Part shown: positions 12,701 through 26,977 of the stretch, piece after piece
Numbering within the stretch: position 1 is the first letter of the stretch
How the letters are laid out: the number at the start of each line of letters is the position of its first letter
Source of the DNA: Asterias rubens
Lineage: Eukaryota
Assembly (NCBI RefSeq): GCF_902459465.1
Contig: NC_047062.1
Coordinates: 16,616,001-16,680,000, forward strand
Direction of reading: 5' to 3'
DNA length: 64,000 nucleotides
The notes under the pieces: generated by a model
Told to the model about the DNA's origin: nothing
Database searches by the model: none
Seen by the model: the letters and a program-made list of their open reading frames with translations, nothing else
Program-made: the position numbers and the translations under genes

Positions 12701-15287
12701 CTTTTGATGATGTATACTGAATTATTCATTTATCCCCAGGCCATGTTGCGCTACAGGTCCGGCCTGCTGAAATTGATGGAGACGTTGATATTGTCTCCTT
12801 TCATGTTGTCTGGATACAGTGAAGAGAAACAACTGATCCGCGTCAGTTTGATCGAGAGTTTTGTTGACAATCCTGTGAGTAGACCAGATTAATCTCAATA
12901 TTCTTAAAAAGTATTGTTAAATTCATTAATTGGGAAAGTTAAACCAAAAATGTTGTTATATTTTGCCTGGAGCTGTCCCATATCCATCAGAATCCTTCAG
13001 CTCATGACGCATTTGAGTAGTGCGCCCCCGGTTAGAGTTCAAAAGAAGATAGCTCATAAGCCCATCCTATTCACCACGTGGCAAAGATGGGTAGTTCCAT
13101 TGTTTCGTCATCAATTTACCTTTAAGTATTATATTTATCTGACAGTATAAACCAACGACGGGGGTTTATGTGGAGCTTCAAGCCAGGCAACTACAGGTTT
13201 ACTCTTCAGTGCTAAAGATTCAAGCTTACTTCTCTGGTCTCAGGTAAAATGTTTATAAAAATTGAAGTTCAATATCATCAGCAGCTATAGGGCAGAATCT
13301 TCAGCTTTAAAAAAAATTTGCACAGTGAATAGGTGCACTAAGTTTATAACCAATATATTGTGACGAAATGTGTCTGGTTTTGGAATATTTTTTCTGTGCA
13401 AAGTTTCAAAATTCTGAGTTGTGGCTGCTATTTCCATGATACATGTATTTTCTGCAAAGAGTGGGTTTACTTATTCTCTAAGGAGATAATAAAGACAAAT
13501 CCTCTCATTGACGTTACTGAAGCTAGCATGCCAGCAAGAAGTTAATAAGGAAAAGTCCTCTCGATCCATTAAGCAAAAGTTGTAAACCGAACATTGATAC
13601 CCCACCATGCAATGCCTCAACAACTAAAAGAAGTATTCTGATACCCTACGTAATTACTTTGCAAGTAAACAATGTGACTATTCACTTAGTCAAGTAACAA
13701 CATTTCACTCCCTCATCATTTCCCCTCTGCAGGTTCTTGATGTACCATTGGCCGCTGACCACCGCCCTAGTCTTCATCACCATGTTCTTTGTCTTCCTCT
13801 CGCTCATCACTGTCTTGTCATGGCAGCAGTGTATCAAGTCATTCTCAAGTCAGGAGGAAGAGTTGGTGGTTAGGATGGACGATGTTTACTCCGTGGGGTA
13901 CGAGGAACGAAGGAGGAGGATCAAGAAGAACTTGGAGTCTGAGCGAGCTGGTGAGTCCTTACTTTAATAATCACAACACTCAAGGAGTTCCAACTTGGGA
14001 TAATATCATTCGCAACAGTCAAAGAAAAGAACAGAGATATGAGTGGGACAACTCTCTGGCTAAGCAATGTACTCTGGCATTTCTGTTTTAGTCCCAACAA
14101 AGTCGGAAAGTATCTGCTTTTGAATTCTGAAGTTTAACAGGCTCTTACCGATCTGATGCGCGCAGCCACACACACAAATGTGCTTCAAATAGTAGAGAAC
14201 AATAATGTAGCTTTACAATCCACCCAAGAAGATTTACAAAATTCATTCATCCTAAACAGAGAAAGATGTAATTTCCTGAATCTTGCATGGCTTGAATTCT
14301 TGCATGGCTCAAGTGATTGCTTTCACATCTCAATGTTTTCTTACTATATTGTCACCTACATCAGCAGTCTATTCATCACGTATAAATTGCTCCGCTTTCT
14401 TTCTACTGCCTTGATTTTCACAGCTTTGATTTGTCGCCGTCCAAACAATGTAACTCTTGGAGACACGTAGCGAGGGTAAATATTTCTTAAGTTGGAACAT
14501 TCCATTCAGCATGTCACCTCGTTAAAAGCATCCCGCTGCATGTATGTCCAAAAGCCATTCTCAACTACTTCTTTAAAAAACTGTTTGTCTCCACAGCAAC
14601 TCTGAAGACAACTTGTCATTTAAAAATGTTTAAATCTCGCATTATTTTGTTTTGATTTCAGTTTTATTCCGGGGCCGTCCATCAAATGTGAAAACTGTTG
14701 GGAACTGTGAGGATGATCGAGAGTCTCATAGTTCAGGAATCAGCAGCGTTGGTGACGTAGGCTCATCCATCATCATTGAAACGATCAAACCAAGCCAAGG
14801 AGCGGGATCCTCAGGTAGTGGCTGGGAGGACGGGGATAAGCAGCCAACTCCAAACGAAGTGGCAATCTTGGAAGATGTACAAGAGAAGGTCGAAGTTAAA
14901 GAAAAGGAAGTAGAAGTTGTCGAAAAGGTACAAGAAGAGGCTAAAGAAAAAGATGAGAATGCAAATAAAGAAGAAGCTGAAGAGGTTGTCGATGGGATGG
15001 CTGGTGAGATTGAGACGGATGCTGAGCCACAATCTTCAGATGGTAGCTGGGAGGTCCTGGACAAGCAGTCGGCTTCCAACGAAGTGGCAACCACCGAAGA
15101 GGAGACCTTGGAGAAAGATGCGGAAGATGTACAGGAAAAGGTAGAAGAAAAAGGAAAGGTACAAGAAGAAGTTGAAGAGGTTGTAGAAGGGTTGGCTGGT
15201 GAGATGGAGACAGATGTTGAGCCACTTGTACCTGAAGGTGAGGAATTGAGACGACGCTTGAGGGATCCCGACACCACCGACCAATAG
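3791..15287 (+). CDS. BSCL2: Seipin (lipid-droplet biogenesis ER protein), 8 coding exons, 509 aa
   Basis: Exons 3791-4011, 10301-10388, 11560-11635, 12094-12161, 12740-12874, 13146-13243, 13733-13950, 14662-15287. All introns are GT-AG with matching phases; total 1530 nt. Translation contains seipin hallmarks: [26 protein letters not shown] (sequon equivalent to the human N88 region), [36 protein letters not shown]...[14 protein letters not shown] and a second TM helix. Confidence 0.95.
4141..4277. repeat. Palindromic MITE; second copy at 24772-24912
   Basis: tttccgtatggcgccaccacttttt...aaaaagtggtggcgccatacggaaa at both loci; this copy is nested in the LINE 3' UTR. Confidence 0.8.
5890..6306. 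repeat. Array of a 17-nt motif TGTTGGGATTTGATGGG (7 direct + 2 inverted copies) with variable spacers, inserted in LINE ORF2
   Basis: Direct copies start at 5915, 5958, 6002, 6098, 6197, 6239, 6290; inverted copies at 5890 and 6170. Confidence 0.9.
8362..8530. repeat. Palindromic MITE
   Basis: gatgccatacgcctctcttaata...tattaagagaggcgtatggcatc terminal inverted repeats. Confidence 0.8.
9230..9530 (+). repeat. Degenerate tandem repeat, 3-4 units of ~60-110 bp
   Basis: Recurring cagggtaca...ctagacac...ttctttg...ccttagcttttgt blocks. Confidence 0.6.
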
Positions 15288-15323
15288 CGCTTTCAAAGAC
15301 TGTCATTGTGAACATCACATCTG

Positions 15324-15514
15324 GGCCCAATTTCACAAAGCTGTTAAGCAGAAAATAGTGCTTGACGAATATCTCTGCTAAGCACAAAATAAGTGGGGCA
15401 ACAGTTGCAACAATGTAAACTTTATGGAATGTTGGCTGGTAACCTGTTTTTGCTTAGCCAGATTTTCATGTGCTTAGCAGGTTTTTGTGCTGAGTGGCTT
15501 TATGAAATTGGGGC
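15324..15514. mobile_element. Harbinger-type MITE at the start of the seipin 3' UTR
   Basis: ctg|ggcccaatttcac...atgaaattggggc|cag, 37 nt after the stop codon. Confidence 0.75.
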
Positions 15515-18500
15515 CAGGTTCTTATTTCACTTAAGAATACCAACAACAAGTGCACTTTCGTGGAATTCTGGAACTTTGTCTGGAATTCTTACAGATTACA
15601 TTCTTATAGAGTTGGTTTTTGTTGTCGAATATGAGTGAGAGGTTTTGTGTTGTGCTGGATGAGGTTTTTCTTTTAAATCAGACTTGCTTTTTTTCTCTTA
15701 CATAACCGGGATAATCGTGAAGTCAGTATTTAAATATGGGGTCAAATTCATTCTGTCACTCGGACAGTCAAGAACATTTTATGAAAACAAAAAAGTTGTT
15801 TGAATCTAAGAAAACAATTCACAGACGCAAAAAAATACAAATTGCCTTAGCTTTTTTGATAAATCAATTATCTTTTTTTTCCTTCATGGAACAACATTTC
15901 CTTTTGGTGTAGAAAGGTGGTACATTACTGTGGCTCCTGAATACATGCTATTTTTGCAATGTTCAATTACCATTGTGTTTATCCCACCTGTATTTGAAAT
16001 AGTAGTAGTCTCTTTTAGGTTTCCATTATACAGAAAGTAGGTTTTCAATGTATTTATTTATTGTAGAGTATTTGTTTCTATTTATTTTTTCTTGCCTCTT
16101 AATACCATCCACTAACGTCTACCCTTCGATGTTCTCCCTGGAATATTGCAGCTTCTTTCTTTTTGGTACTATAGTGTGCACAACATTGGTATAATTGAAA
16201 ATTAATGTTGAAAATATGAACAGAATTGCACATAACTTACATGGGATAAAGATGGTCATGGGGGAAAAAATCCCTTTAAGTGTTTTTCTTGGCTTTTGAG
16301 AAACGAGTAAAACAATGAATTTTCAGTTGTGAGTCAAAAACTCAAAAGTTTGAAAACAATGTAAACATGTTGTGTGTTTTTTCCCCCACTGTTTCCCTTG
16401 AAACTTCAGTGATTGATTGAGCTTAAAACTTAAACATGTATGTTATTTCAGGTTGGGTTACACTAAATGCGTAGAACGGTCTTTGACAATTACCAATGGT
16501 GTCTGTGTGCTTTAGCTAAAAATACTCGGGAAGTGCTTAAGTTTGAACGATGTGCACTATGAACTTTAAATTACTAAACAATTATGAACTATGCACGGTA
16601 TTACATTTTCTGAATTCATATTAAATTGTTTTTATTAATAACTTCGAAACACTAAAGATTATTGGATTTCATACGATCATATCTTGATCTCAACCGTATT
16701 GTCTGTTTTTAAGTTGGTTTTTTTTGGTTCTCAAGGATTTATAGTTGTGTTGATTTGGCATGGATTGTAAACTTAACTCTTCCGGTTTTCATTGTTTTTT
16801 AAAATCACTAACAAGAGCATTGGTTGTAGACTACTACTATTTGATTGTGTTCCTTGTGCATGTACATGTACTTAGTTCTGCGTGATTTGATTTGTTATTG
16901 CCGGAAAGTCTATTGTTACGCAAGTTTGGTTTTGTTGTAAATTCCTCATTTTGGAAAAATCCATCAGTTTGCTTCTAAAGTTAAACGTTAGGTTGTTTAA
17001 AAAAACTTTTCTATTTTAGGTATTTCTTTTGGGTTTGAATAGGTTTTGTTATAAAGGATTCATCATGATCATAGTCGGGAAAATAATTTAAAACATACTA
17101 TGGTAGTTTTTTAGTCGACTGGGATAAACAAAAGTCAGATACATCTTCCAACCAAATCCATTATTTTTCTAAAAAATTTAATAAACAGCATTTTCACAGA
17201 GGTTTCAAGCTTTGTGAGTACATTATTATTAAAGAATTTTCTTCCAGTCAAAGTTTTTGTTGTTGATATTATATATTGCTAAAACGTGCAGGCACTGAAA
17301 GTTTAAGTTTGAGATCTCTCATTAAGGAGCCCAGTTTTATGGAGCTGCTTAAGCACATTATGCTGACCAGAATGAGGTGGCCAGCCAAATGCCATATCAC
17401 GTTTACCGGTGTGCATGGTATCATAATAGTTCAGCAATATTTTCCGTTTAAGCATCTCCATGACATTGGGCCCAGGTCATGTTCTTTTGAAAGCTAATAT
17501 CCATGAGTTAATTCATTCTATTTATAAGTAAACTTATTTTCTAAGCAGCTGTTGGAATTCTTTTTTCTTCCTTTATAATTTACGATGTTGGCATATATAT
17601 GTAAATGTTTATCATAAACCATAAAGGTCATGTACCCAGGTACCTTCTTATACCCATGACATTATTAAGGAAGCCATTTCATAGCTACCAGTCCAAATAT
17701 GCTACGCCAAATTCATAGCTTTGTAAGATTGCAATCAAACAGAACAGTCATTTATTAAAAAATTAAAATAATAATACATGAGGGTCACTTAATTCAATAC
17801 AGAAGGGTAACCTATCATATGCTTGGAGTTACTTTTGCCCTGGTCTTGGCCTTGCTGCATTTTCAAAAGTTTCTCATAGACTTCACAATGAAAGTGCCCT
17901 TGGAAAATTAGCTTGCCCCCTCAAAGATAAAATTCCATGCCTAATATCATACATTATTTTCCCCTCTGGTTTATAACTTGATTATTTTTCTGTGCTTTGG
18001 ATAAGGGCATAATTCTATAATAAATAACATGGTGCTGAACGTAGCTTTCCTTCCTCCATGATTGGACCAACTTTGATGAATTTATTTAACAATATGTTTA
18101 CATTGGTATTACAAATAGTTAAGCAGCTTTATTATGTACAATGTCAGATTAGCCTTTGCCTTACACACATAGATGATTAATCACTGTGTACAGCGTTCTC
18201 TCTAATTGGTGGTCCGCTGGCCAAATGCCAGTTATAACACCGGAGGCAAATCAGTCATTCTTTGAGCACACAAATGTGCAATATAACACTAGCAGCACTT
18301 GGGAGTTTTTATTTACTTGCGTGATTGGTCAGTGAACCATTTGGCTGCGAGAAAAGTGAGTGTTTGGCGCAGCCGGAATCCCAAAACCAATGTTTGTCTG
18401 TAAAGATAATTATTGGGAATTATACATGTATCTATTGTCAAAACATCATCCAAAGCCAATAGTTAAGTTACTGTATTTAAACAAATTAAGGCTGGCATGG

Positions 18501-20233
18501 CAGCCGTCCTGTTTTCTGCCTGGAGACTGTGTCAATATTGTACTTGATGTAAAGGGAGCTAAACCAAGACGGCCTCATCATTTTTTACCTATAACTTGCA
18601 CAATTTCTTTTCTGCAAAAAAGATAATGTGAATGTTATACTGTTCTTAATTTGTATTTTCTTTTGTTAGCGAGTATGTTTACTTTAAAATTCTTTCTTTA
18701 TACGAGTACCATCTTAATAGGATATTTGTACAATTAACATAAATATATTCTACTAGAAAATTAAGGAAATGTGCGTGTGTGAAGAACTATTGTAATAAAA
18801 TGCATTTTCAAAGAAAGAACTTGTTTTGTTTCTTTTTATTTCAATGCATGAAGTTTCATAAAGCATTTAAAAAAAAAGCTACAAGATGTCGCACTTTTTT
18901 TTTCGGGGGAGGGGAGGGACTTTACTCATTCTCCTGAAAGTTACAGGTTGTATGGGTTCTGACTGGCATCGCCGAACATAGACAGTTTGAAAAAATATGA
19001 GAACGCCAATATGACTAGATTGCTTAGTTGGTAGCGCATCTACACATTAAACAAGAGGTCAATGGTTCAAGCTCTGTACAAATAAATTTGTCTTTGCTCA
19101 ACCCCCAACAAATCAAAAATTCATTGTTTCTCAATGATGTATCAGATTAACTTGCAGACCAAGTGAAATTTGCCCAAACAAAATTTAGAGTAATCAACCA
19201 CACCAGTTACAATGGCTCCGCTAAGTTACAAAGGCTCCGCTTAGCAAAACAGTTAAGATGGCTCTGCGAAACAAAACATTTACGAAAACTCCGCTGTGAT
19301 GAATACATCTAAGGTGGTACAGGGAAAACTACAATAACTCCAGGCAAACACTATGGTCAGCTCAAAAGCTTATTTTCATGGCTTATTTTTTTTTTTTAGT
19401 TTGAAGCAACTTTTTAGCTCAAGGCCAATCAGGATGATAGGCTTATAAAGACACTCAATAAACTCTCACACAAAAATAAAACCTCATTTCAAATCCTTCA
19501 TCATTCCTCAACTTTACGAGTACATTACTTCGTTTTATTTTAATTTACATAAATGTATTCAAGTTTCAAGATACATTTCTAACAGACACTAGCATAATGA
19601 GAAAACAAAGACATAAACATGCACATGCACGTCAGTACCAATCTTTTTACAATACATCTTACTTAATTTATCTTCTGTACATCATGCCCATGTTTTCTGT
19701 ACATACATGTAATTACATTATTGTGAAATACATCCAATCTGGAAACATAATTTCATTATCTTAACTAATACTTTCTCTCTTGATGCCAACATTTCATGCA
19801 AATATGATGTTAATTTACTAGCCAGCTTGTAGACCACAAAGTACAGTCTCTACCAAGTGTTTTAATTTTTATTTATTTATAAGAAATCGCCTAACATCAA
19901 GGCAGATGGCCACTTCAAGGTAAAGGTACACATGATCTAGGCTGTCACCCCAGATCAACTGTCACCAGGGGCACATTGACCCCACTCCTAGGTCTGAAAC
20001 AGGGTTACCCCCTTCACAGTGTTACTGGAGGCATAGGTATCATCCACTAAGAGCCTGGCTTACAGAGCAGAATGCACTGCCTTCCCAAGCAATTATGGTT
20101 AAGTGCCTTGCTTAAAGGCACCAGTGTCAAGACCGGAACTCGAACTCACACTCTTCTGCTGACAACACCAGAGCTTGGGTCCGATGAACTAGGCCACTCG
20201 GCCACGACTCTCAGTGGAACCTGGTTTCAAAGC

Positions 20234-23200
20234 TCAGAAGTTTTTGTTCTTGCTCTTTAAGTTTTGTTTGGACATGAGTGAGAGAAGATGTAGGCAGCCT
20301 GCTAACAATCCAATAGTATGGCCCAGTAAAGCACCAATGGCACAAGGTATTGGCCAATCCTGAAAAACAAAAAAATACAAATTTAGAAAAATGTCATCAG
20401 ACACAAATTTCTTTACAAAGTCATCAAACTCAACTTTTTAATTGAGTAATAATAATTAAATAATTTAATCTTATATTGCGCTTGTATCCACCAATGAGAT
20501 GATGAAGAGACTTAAACAAAGAGAAATACTTTTAAGACAGGTTTCGAAGATTATGAATTATGAGACCAAGGGTTGACAAGGAACTGCGGCGCATTTGGCA
20601 GCCACTGCCAGAAACTTTACTTATTTCACAACCCAAATGAAATTGGCAAACTTGAGCTTGACTATTTTGAAAGCCCAACTTCACATCATTGCAACGTTGC
20701 TTTTTCACTTGAAACAAGCATCAACCTATCCTTATTGATAGATGAATGTCATAATATTGTTAAAGACACTGGACACCATTGGTAATTGTCAAAGACCAAC
20801 ACCTTTGGTAATTGTCAAAGACCAGTCTTCTCACTTGGTGTATCTCAACATATGCATAAAATAACAAAACTGTGAAAATTTGAGCTCAATTGGTCGTCGA
20901 AGTTGCAAGATAACAATGAAAGAAGAAACACCCTTGTCACACGAAGTTGTGTGCTTTCAGATGCTTGATTTTGAGACCTCAGAATCTAAATCCGAGGTCT
21001 CAAAATTAAGTAAGTGGAAAATAACTTCTTTCTCAAACACTACTTTACTTCAGACGGAGTCATTTCTCACAATGTTTTATACTATCAACAGCTCCCTATT
21101 ACTCGTTACCAAGTAAGGTTTTATGCTAATAATAGTTATTTTGAGTAGTTACCAATAGTGTCCACTGCCTTTAAATCTAAGGACACCCTTTTTAACCTGC
21201 ATTAAGATAGTACTGACCTGCCAGTCTCTGTCCCAGTCAAGTGGTATCGTGAATGCTCCCATCCAAGCACCAACCAGGCTACAAAAAGCTACATACTGGA
21301 CGCAGGTTTCAAGGCCAACAAAGGGTCTGGTGAGAAATTGAAATGATGAATATCAAGTGTAAGATATTTGCGAACAATTCTGAGAGCAGAGAAAATGGCA
21401 TTGGACTGAATACATCACCATCGTTTAAAGAACAGCTTTTTCAAAACCGTGGCTAAAGCTATGCTCCGGGCTTCGTTTGATGCAGGAAACACCATACAGA
21501 ATGTACACTGCTCCAAAATTGATGCCCGAGCCCAGGTTTGGGAAAAGGCACTGGTTAAAGGCAGTGGACACTATTGGTAATTGTCAAAGACTAGTCCTCA
21601 CAGTTGGTGTATCTCAACGTATGCATAAAATAACAAACCTGTGAAAATGTGAGCTCAATTGGTCATTGAACTTGCGATATAATAATGAAAGAAAAAAACA
21701 CCCTTGTCACACGAACTTGTGTGCGTTTAGATGGTTGATTTCGAGACCTCAAGTTCTAAATCTGAGGTCTCGAAATCAAATTCATGGAAAATTACTTCTT
21801 TCTCGAAAACTAGGGCACTTCAGAGGGAGCCGTTTCTCACAGGGTTTTATACCATCAACCTCTCCCAATTACTTGTCACCAAGAAAGGTTTTATGCTTAT
21901 AATTATTTTGAGTAACTACCAATAGTGTCCTCTGCCTTTAAGCACCAGAATCACAACACCAAAGTGCTCATCGAAAAATATAAGACCCATTTTAGTGCAC
22001 ATGCAAATAATGTCCAAGTGCTTTAAACATACAGTAACCCTCCTACTCTTTGAAAGGTAAATACCCTCCACTGCAATAATTCGGACACTGCATATTCTTA
22101 GTTCTGTGCACAGTAGTGTTACCATACATGTACATATCCCACAAGTTGAATGGTTTCAACTGGTTGGTTTGGCTGTGACCAAGAGTATGAATGTTAGAGT
22201 TACAGCTACCTTCTCTGGATGACAAAGCGGTTCCATGCCTCTCCATTTCCACCCAGCAGGCAAAGACAAGGAAGGGTGCTCAATGTAGACAGTAAAATGG
22301 CCAAGTTCGACGTCTCTTCAACAGCTCTAGCAAATACAATAAACACAAGTGTCTCATGAAATAAAAATAGGATATTTAACCTTTTATTGGAACATACAAA
22401 TATTACTTATTTCTTTAGGAGAATAACACTAGTATCCGCCATTATTATTTAGCTGAATATGATGACATCATACAAAATAACTACAAGTTAATAAGAAAAG
22501 CAGTAGGCCTAACTAATAATGGTAAAGTACAAAATTAATACAACAAATGTGGTTTCTTCTTAGGGAAACAAGTATAACAGTATCAGACAGTAATAAGGAT
22601 CTAGCTCCGCATTCGCAAAATATAAAAATTAATTCAATGTGGTACAAGAGTATACATGACCAATGATATAGACACAGAGAAACAGTACAGTAAAATGTAG
22701 CTAGTAAGGGAGACTGTTCAAATAAACAGAGGCTTGAGGCGAACAGCCTTCTTTAAACCAAAATATTAAACAAAGCCAAAATCATAAAATATAAACTGAA
22801 CAGGAGCGCAGGCAAAATGTTGGTGGTCAAAGGCATGCAAACCCAGCATTAGTTTAGCTGTGGCAAATGACCCACAGTCTTACATCCAACAACCTGGGAC
22901 CATTTTCATAGAGCTGCTTAAGCACACAAAGCAGCTAAGCAAAACAAATTTAAGTTTACAAGAGCAAGGTCAACAGCCAAACTACCATGTCTCAAGTACA
23001 AAATGTGGCTGGTATACTGCCCATTTTTGCTCAGCAGACTATTTTCTGCTTTTAAAGCAGCTCTATGAAATTGGGCCCTGATGATGATAATAACGATAAC
23101 TCTTCTAATTTAACTGACAATATCAACATAAACCACAAGGGAAACTGACTGGCACGTTAATCCGGAGGTCGTTGGTTCGAATCCCACTCTAGTCAATTCT

Positions 23201-25277
23201 TTGTTCAACCCCAAAAATCAAATTTAACTGACTGTTTGTTTACTTACTCCTGCACTGCAGCTCCAAAGAGAATAAGAACAATATGAATAATGATGCAACT
23301 GAGACTAAACAGAAGAGCGCATTTTATGACTCGAGAAATCTTGCCAATCACCGTCACCCTGTTGCTAGTCTGAATATGAGAAGAAGAAATTTTAAGTTAG
23401 ACCAAACCTCAGCATTTTGTTTTTGCATTTCAAGCAAAAACATTTCAAGGGAAATTTTCCTCCATGAACAACCATTACACCATGTTAAAGTTGTATGCAG
23501 TGAACACTTATGTACTTCACATTTCTAATCTATGTTGTGCATACCCTTTTTAAAAATAACTAATGTAAAATTAAAACACATTTTTTTCTTCAGTCTTCAA
23601 AACAGGTATTGAAGACCTGTGATTGCACAATTCTTGTTCATGGAGAAATGGCTGCATGGAAAGATAATTTAGTTGCGATACCTTAGTAACCCTCCATCCT
23701 CCAGGTGGTTGCGACTGTCAGGAGGATGGAGGAACATGCTACAGCAACTAGAACTAACTACTAAACTAAATTAGTGCCCCAATAAATTAGTGCCAAAACT
23801 CGAGCTGGCTTCCCAACCGTAACACTAACAGTCAAGTTCTGTTGGGACCAGTCCCAACTATATATGGGGCGATTGTCAATTTGGGGTGGAACAGTCGCCA
23901 TTATAAATATCAATATGAAAAATAGTATTAGTTATTGCAAACTGCTTATCAACCAAAAGAACCTATGGTATAAATGCACAAAAAAATGGTTAGTTGCCTG
24001 TATTTCGACCCCACAAAGTCTTTCCCAATGGTTGTGAGAACATGCTCAACAGAAACAGGCATGAGAACATGTTCAACAGAAACAGGCATACTGGTGAAAC
24101 AAAAGCAGTCAAGTGGAAATAGATGAAAGCAGAAAAGAGAAAGCAGGGGATGAACAAAGAGGAGGGTAACAAAAAGGGAAAAGGGAAGGGCCTGGATTGA
24201 CCACAAGACGTTGGAAACACAAAGGACAAGTATGATTTGAAACTTAGCTTGGTGGAAGTATAATTAAAGAGAGGTTTCCATTAACACCATGTGAATATCT
24301 CTTTTGTCGGGTAGTGTTGGTTCTGAGGTTTTAAACCCCAGGTTCTTTTCAGAACCAATACAACTAAAAAGAGATATTCGCATCCACAAACCACTCTTAG
24401 ACAGTCTTAGCCTTAACAAAGGAAAGTCATTACTAGGTGAATGAGGCAGGCTACAATTTAACAATGGATTTAACAGACACAGGGGGATATCTCATCTGTG
24501 GGGAAAAGGAGAAAAGCAAAGACTGAAGACAAAGGGTCATTATTAATTAGTCATTTCCTTCCTGGATGGTGAAGACACCTTATCCACAGTTTCTCCATAC
24601 TTGGATGAACGATCTCTCTGTGGTTTCATATAGTGGCTAGTGCCTCAATCTTAACAAAAAAGAAGAGAGCCGTATCACACAAGCCAAAAAAAAAAAAAGA
24701 TCTGCATTGATGACCCATTCCATATTGAAGTTGGACTAGCTTGAACAAACAAAAGAGTCAAGGTATTATTAAGGAAATGTTTCCGCATGGCGCCACCACT
24801 TTTTTATTCGATATGAAATAAAATAGTATCTCATTTCAACTCAATGAGATATCCCTTTTTCTTTTAGTAAAAATGAGTGAAAAAGTGGTGGCGCCATACG
24901 GAAAGTTATCCATTATTAATAATAGTCAATTATACAAGACAATATTTTAAAACAATTTCAAACAAACTTCCATTCAAAAATCAGACAGGGCGCATGACAG
25001 CGACACTTTCACTTACTCTGTAACCAACCAAATCTGAATCAAATTTCTCCCGAAAAACTATTCCGTACAAAACACACTGGAAAATTCCGTAAACTATTGA
25101 GAACGTTCTCATTGAATATAACGCATTTTGTATCAAATTAAATCTACTATCTAGAATCACTAGTATTGCATTTGCCATTAATGTGAATAACAATACAATA
25201 ACTTGGCCCAAAATAGTGAATTTCAACGAAAAACTAGATCCTCCCGACCTCATCGAGCCATCTATGGACGCTGCCAT
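20234..25277 (-). CDS. PIGF: GPI ethanolamine phosphate transferase stabilising subunit PIG-F, 5 coding exons, 244 aa
   Basis: Minus-strand exons 25277-25017, 23369-23248, 22326-22210, 21326-21218, 20359-20234, all GT-AG with consistent phases; total 735 nt. Translation includes LAILLSTLSTLPCLCLLGGN and SLVGAWMGAFTIPLDWDRDWQDWPIPCAIGA, matching the PIG-F signature GAWxGAxxIPLDWxRxWQxWP. Confidence 0.93.
20764..21170. mobile_element. Kolobok-type MITE (TTAA TSD), copy A, PIGF intron 4
   Basis: TTAA|AGACACTGGACAC...GTGTCCACTGCCT|TTAA; contains an internal ~25-bp duplication near the left end. Confidence 0.85.
21559..21937. mobile_element. Kolobok-type MITE, copy B, PIGF intron 3
   Basis: TTAA|AGGCAGTGGACACTATTGGTAA TIRs; same internal sequence as the other copies. 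Confidence 0.88.
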
Positions 25278-26977
25278 CTTGGAAACAAATCAACTTTAAA
25301 CAGAAGAGGGCGCTATTTCGCGCTGTATGCTTGAATCAGTACAACCTCATCGTGGTGTCTTCATTGCAAAAAAAAAAATACTATCAAAATTTGTAGCAAT
25401 TAGATTTAATGAATGATAGGCGATGATTTTCTGACTCATAACCACTCTAAAAATTAAAGAATATTTTTAACGTACCTTGAGTTCTTCTTAGATTTTGTCC
25501 ACTTTATGGTTTTCGTTCGACCTTCTTTAATATTTTGTAGGAGAAAATGTACCCCTCCTTAGGGCCTATTAGTCTCATTCGGGCTGCAAAAATTGAGACT
25601 GAAAACCAGCTGCTTTAAAGAATATTCTCAGTCATGTATCAACTTTGTTTGTATCCTCAATGATTGTACACCTGCCTCAGATGCCACATAAACCATAAAC
25701 TGTAGGCGTAAATATTATTAGGTTCCGAGTTATAATCGCATGACATTGATGTCACGACAGCTAAACTCAGTGTTTTGGCACAAAATTCGGACTGAGTCTT
25801 AGAGACTGTCCGACGCTTCAACAGTCGCACCTGTTTGGCACAATACTTGTTCATGTGTCATGATAAACTTTGATCGTATGATTTTTCTATTTAATCACTC
25901 GATTCTACTGAACGGGAGTTTTCATCCAAGGTTCGTTGGGGGAAGTGGTGGAAGTTATATTCTCCAAATTGTTGTGGATATAATTATAAAGCATGCACAA
26001 GACTGCACCAGACGGTTCTCACAAAAAAGTAAAATGGCAAGACCAATCGGTATTCCTTCCAAAAATCACCTTTCATGAATTAATTTTGTCTCATTTATTA
26101 TGATGCAAACTCGCAACGACTCGTCCCACCGAATACTACAAAATTTCTGCCGTTTAGACATTTCGCATTAGCTGAAAAAGATTGCCATAATATGCCTATA
26201 TTATAGGCATAAGCCTATACTCCGATTTTTGGCCTTACAGAAAAGTATATGATTTTTGTAACTATTTTTGGAGGTAGCATAAGCAGTTCTGCTATACAGT
26301 TGTGAGTGCAATGTTTTCCCAGATTCAACTATTTTCTTTTAAATGTTATTTACATAATGTTTACAGTGGTTACAAAGTGCAATGGGATCCTACCACACTT
26401 CGACATTGACCTATAGACTTTGAATATGAGTAACAAGAACAGCTCAATTGACAATGGTGGAAAGAAAAAGACTAATATGGTATGAACAAAATTGATATGT
26501 GCCAACAAATATTTGAGTGAAAGCCTTTGCTGTCTGCCCGCAGAAGTCTTCGTTTACCCACCAACAATAGAACCGTGAGTCACAGATGACTGGGCGGTCT
26601 CCCCAGGTAGTTTTACTAATTCTCGCTTGACTGAACACAATCACAATGCAACGCACAACACAAGGTAAGTCTTTGTGGCGTAACAATGGGTGGTGTTTGT
26701 GTTGAGTTTGAAAAATGCACCTCCGGGCAGTGTGACGTCGAAGTGAAAGGACATAAACAAACCATCATCGCTAGAGAACTTTAATCTAGGGCTATGATTC
26801 ATGACGGGGCTTCACAGCATGCAGGTATCATAACATATTTCTGTGGTTTACAGGCGAACGGGATCTAAAACTTGTCTGATTCATCTACATGTAAAAAAAG
26901 CCAGTTACAAACACTCTGGAATTTCTTTTCTAAGGACAATACTCTGAGTGTATGCGGTGATTGGCGGATGAATACCG

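Noticed and set aside
14726-15387. Several overlapping antisense and alternative-frame ORFs over the seipin last exon
   Set aside because: By-products of the purine-rich, low-complexity acidic coding sequence; no independent splice or start signals.
24264-24495. Strong minus-strand acceptor at 24495 in PIGF intron 1 (possible alternative terminal exon)
   Set aside because: All frames stop within 15 codons and no donor or other support is visible; cannot be distinguished from a cryptic site.
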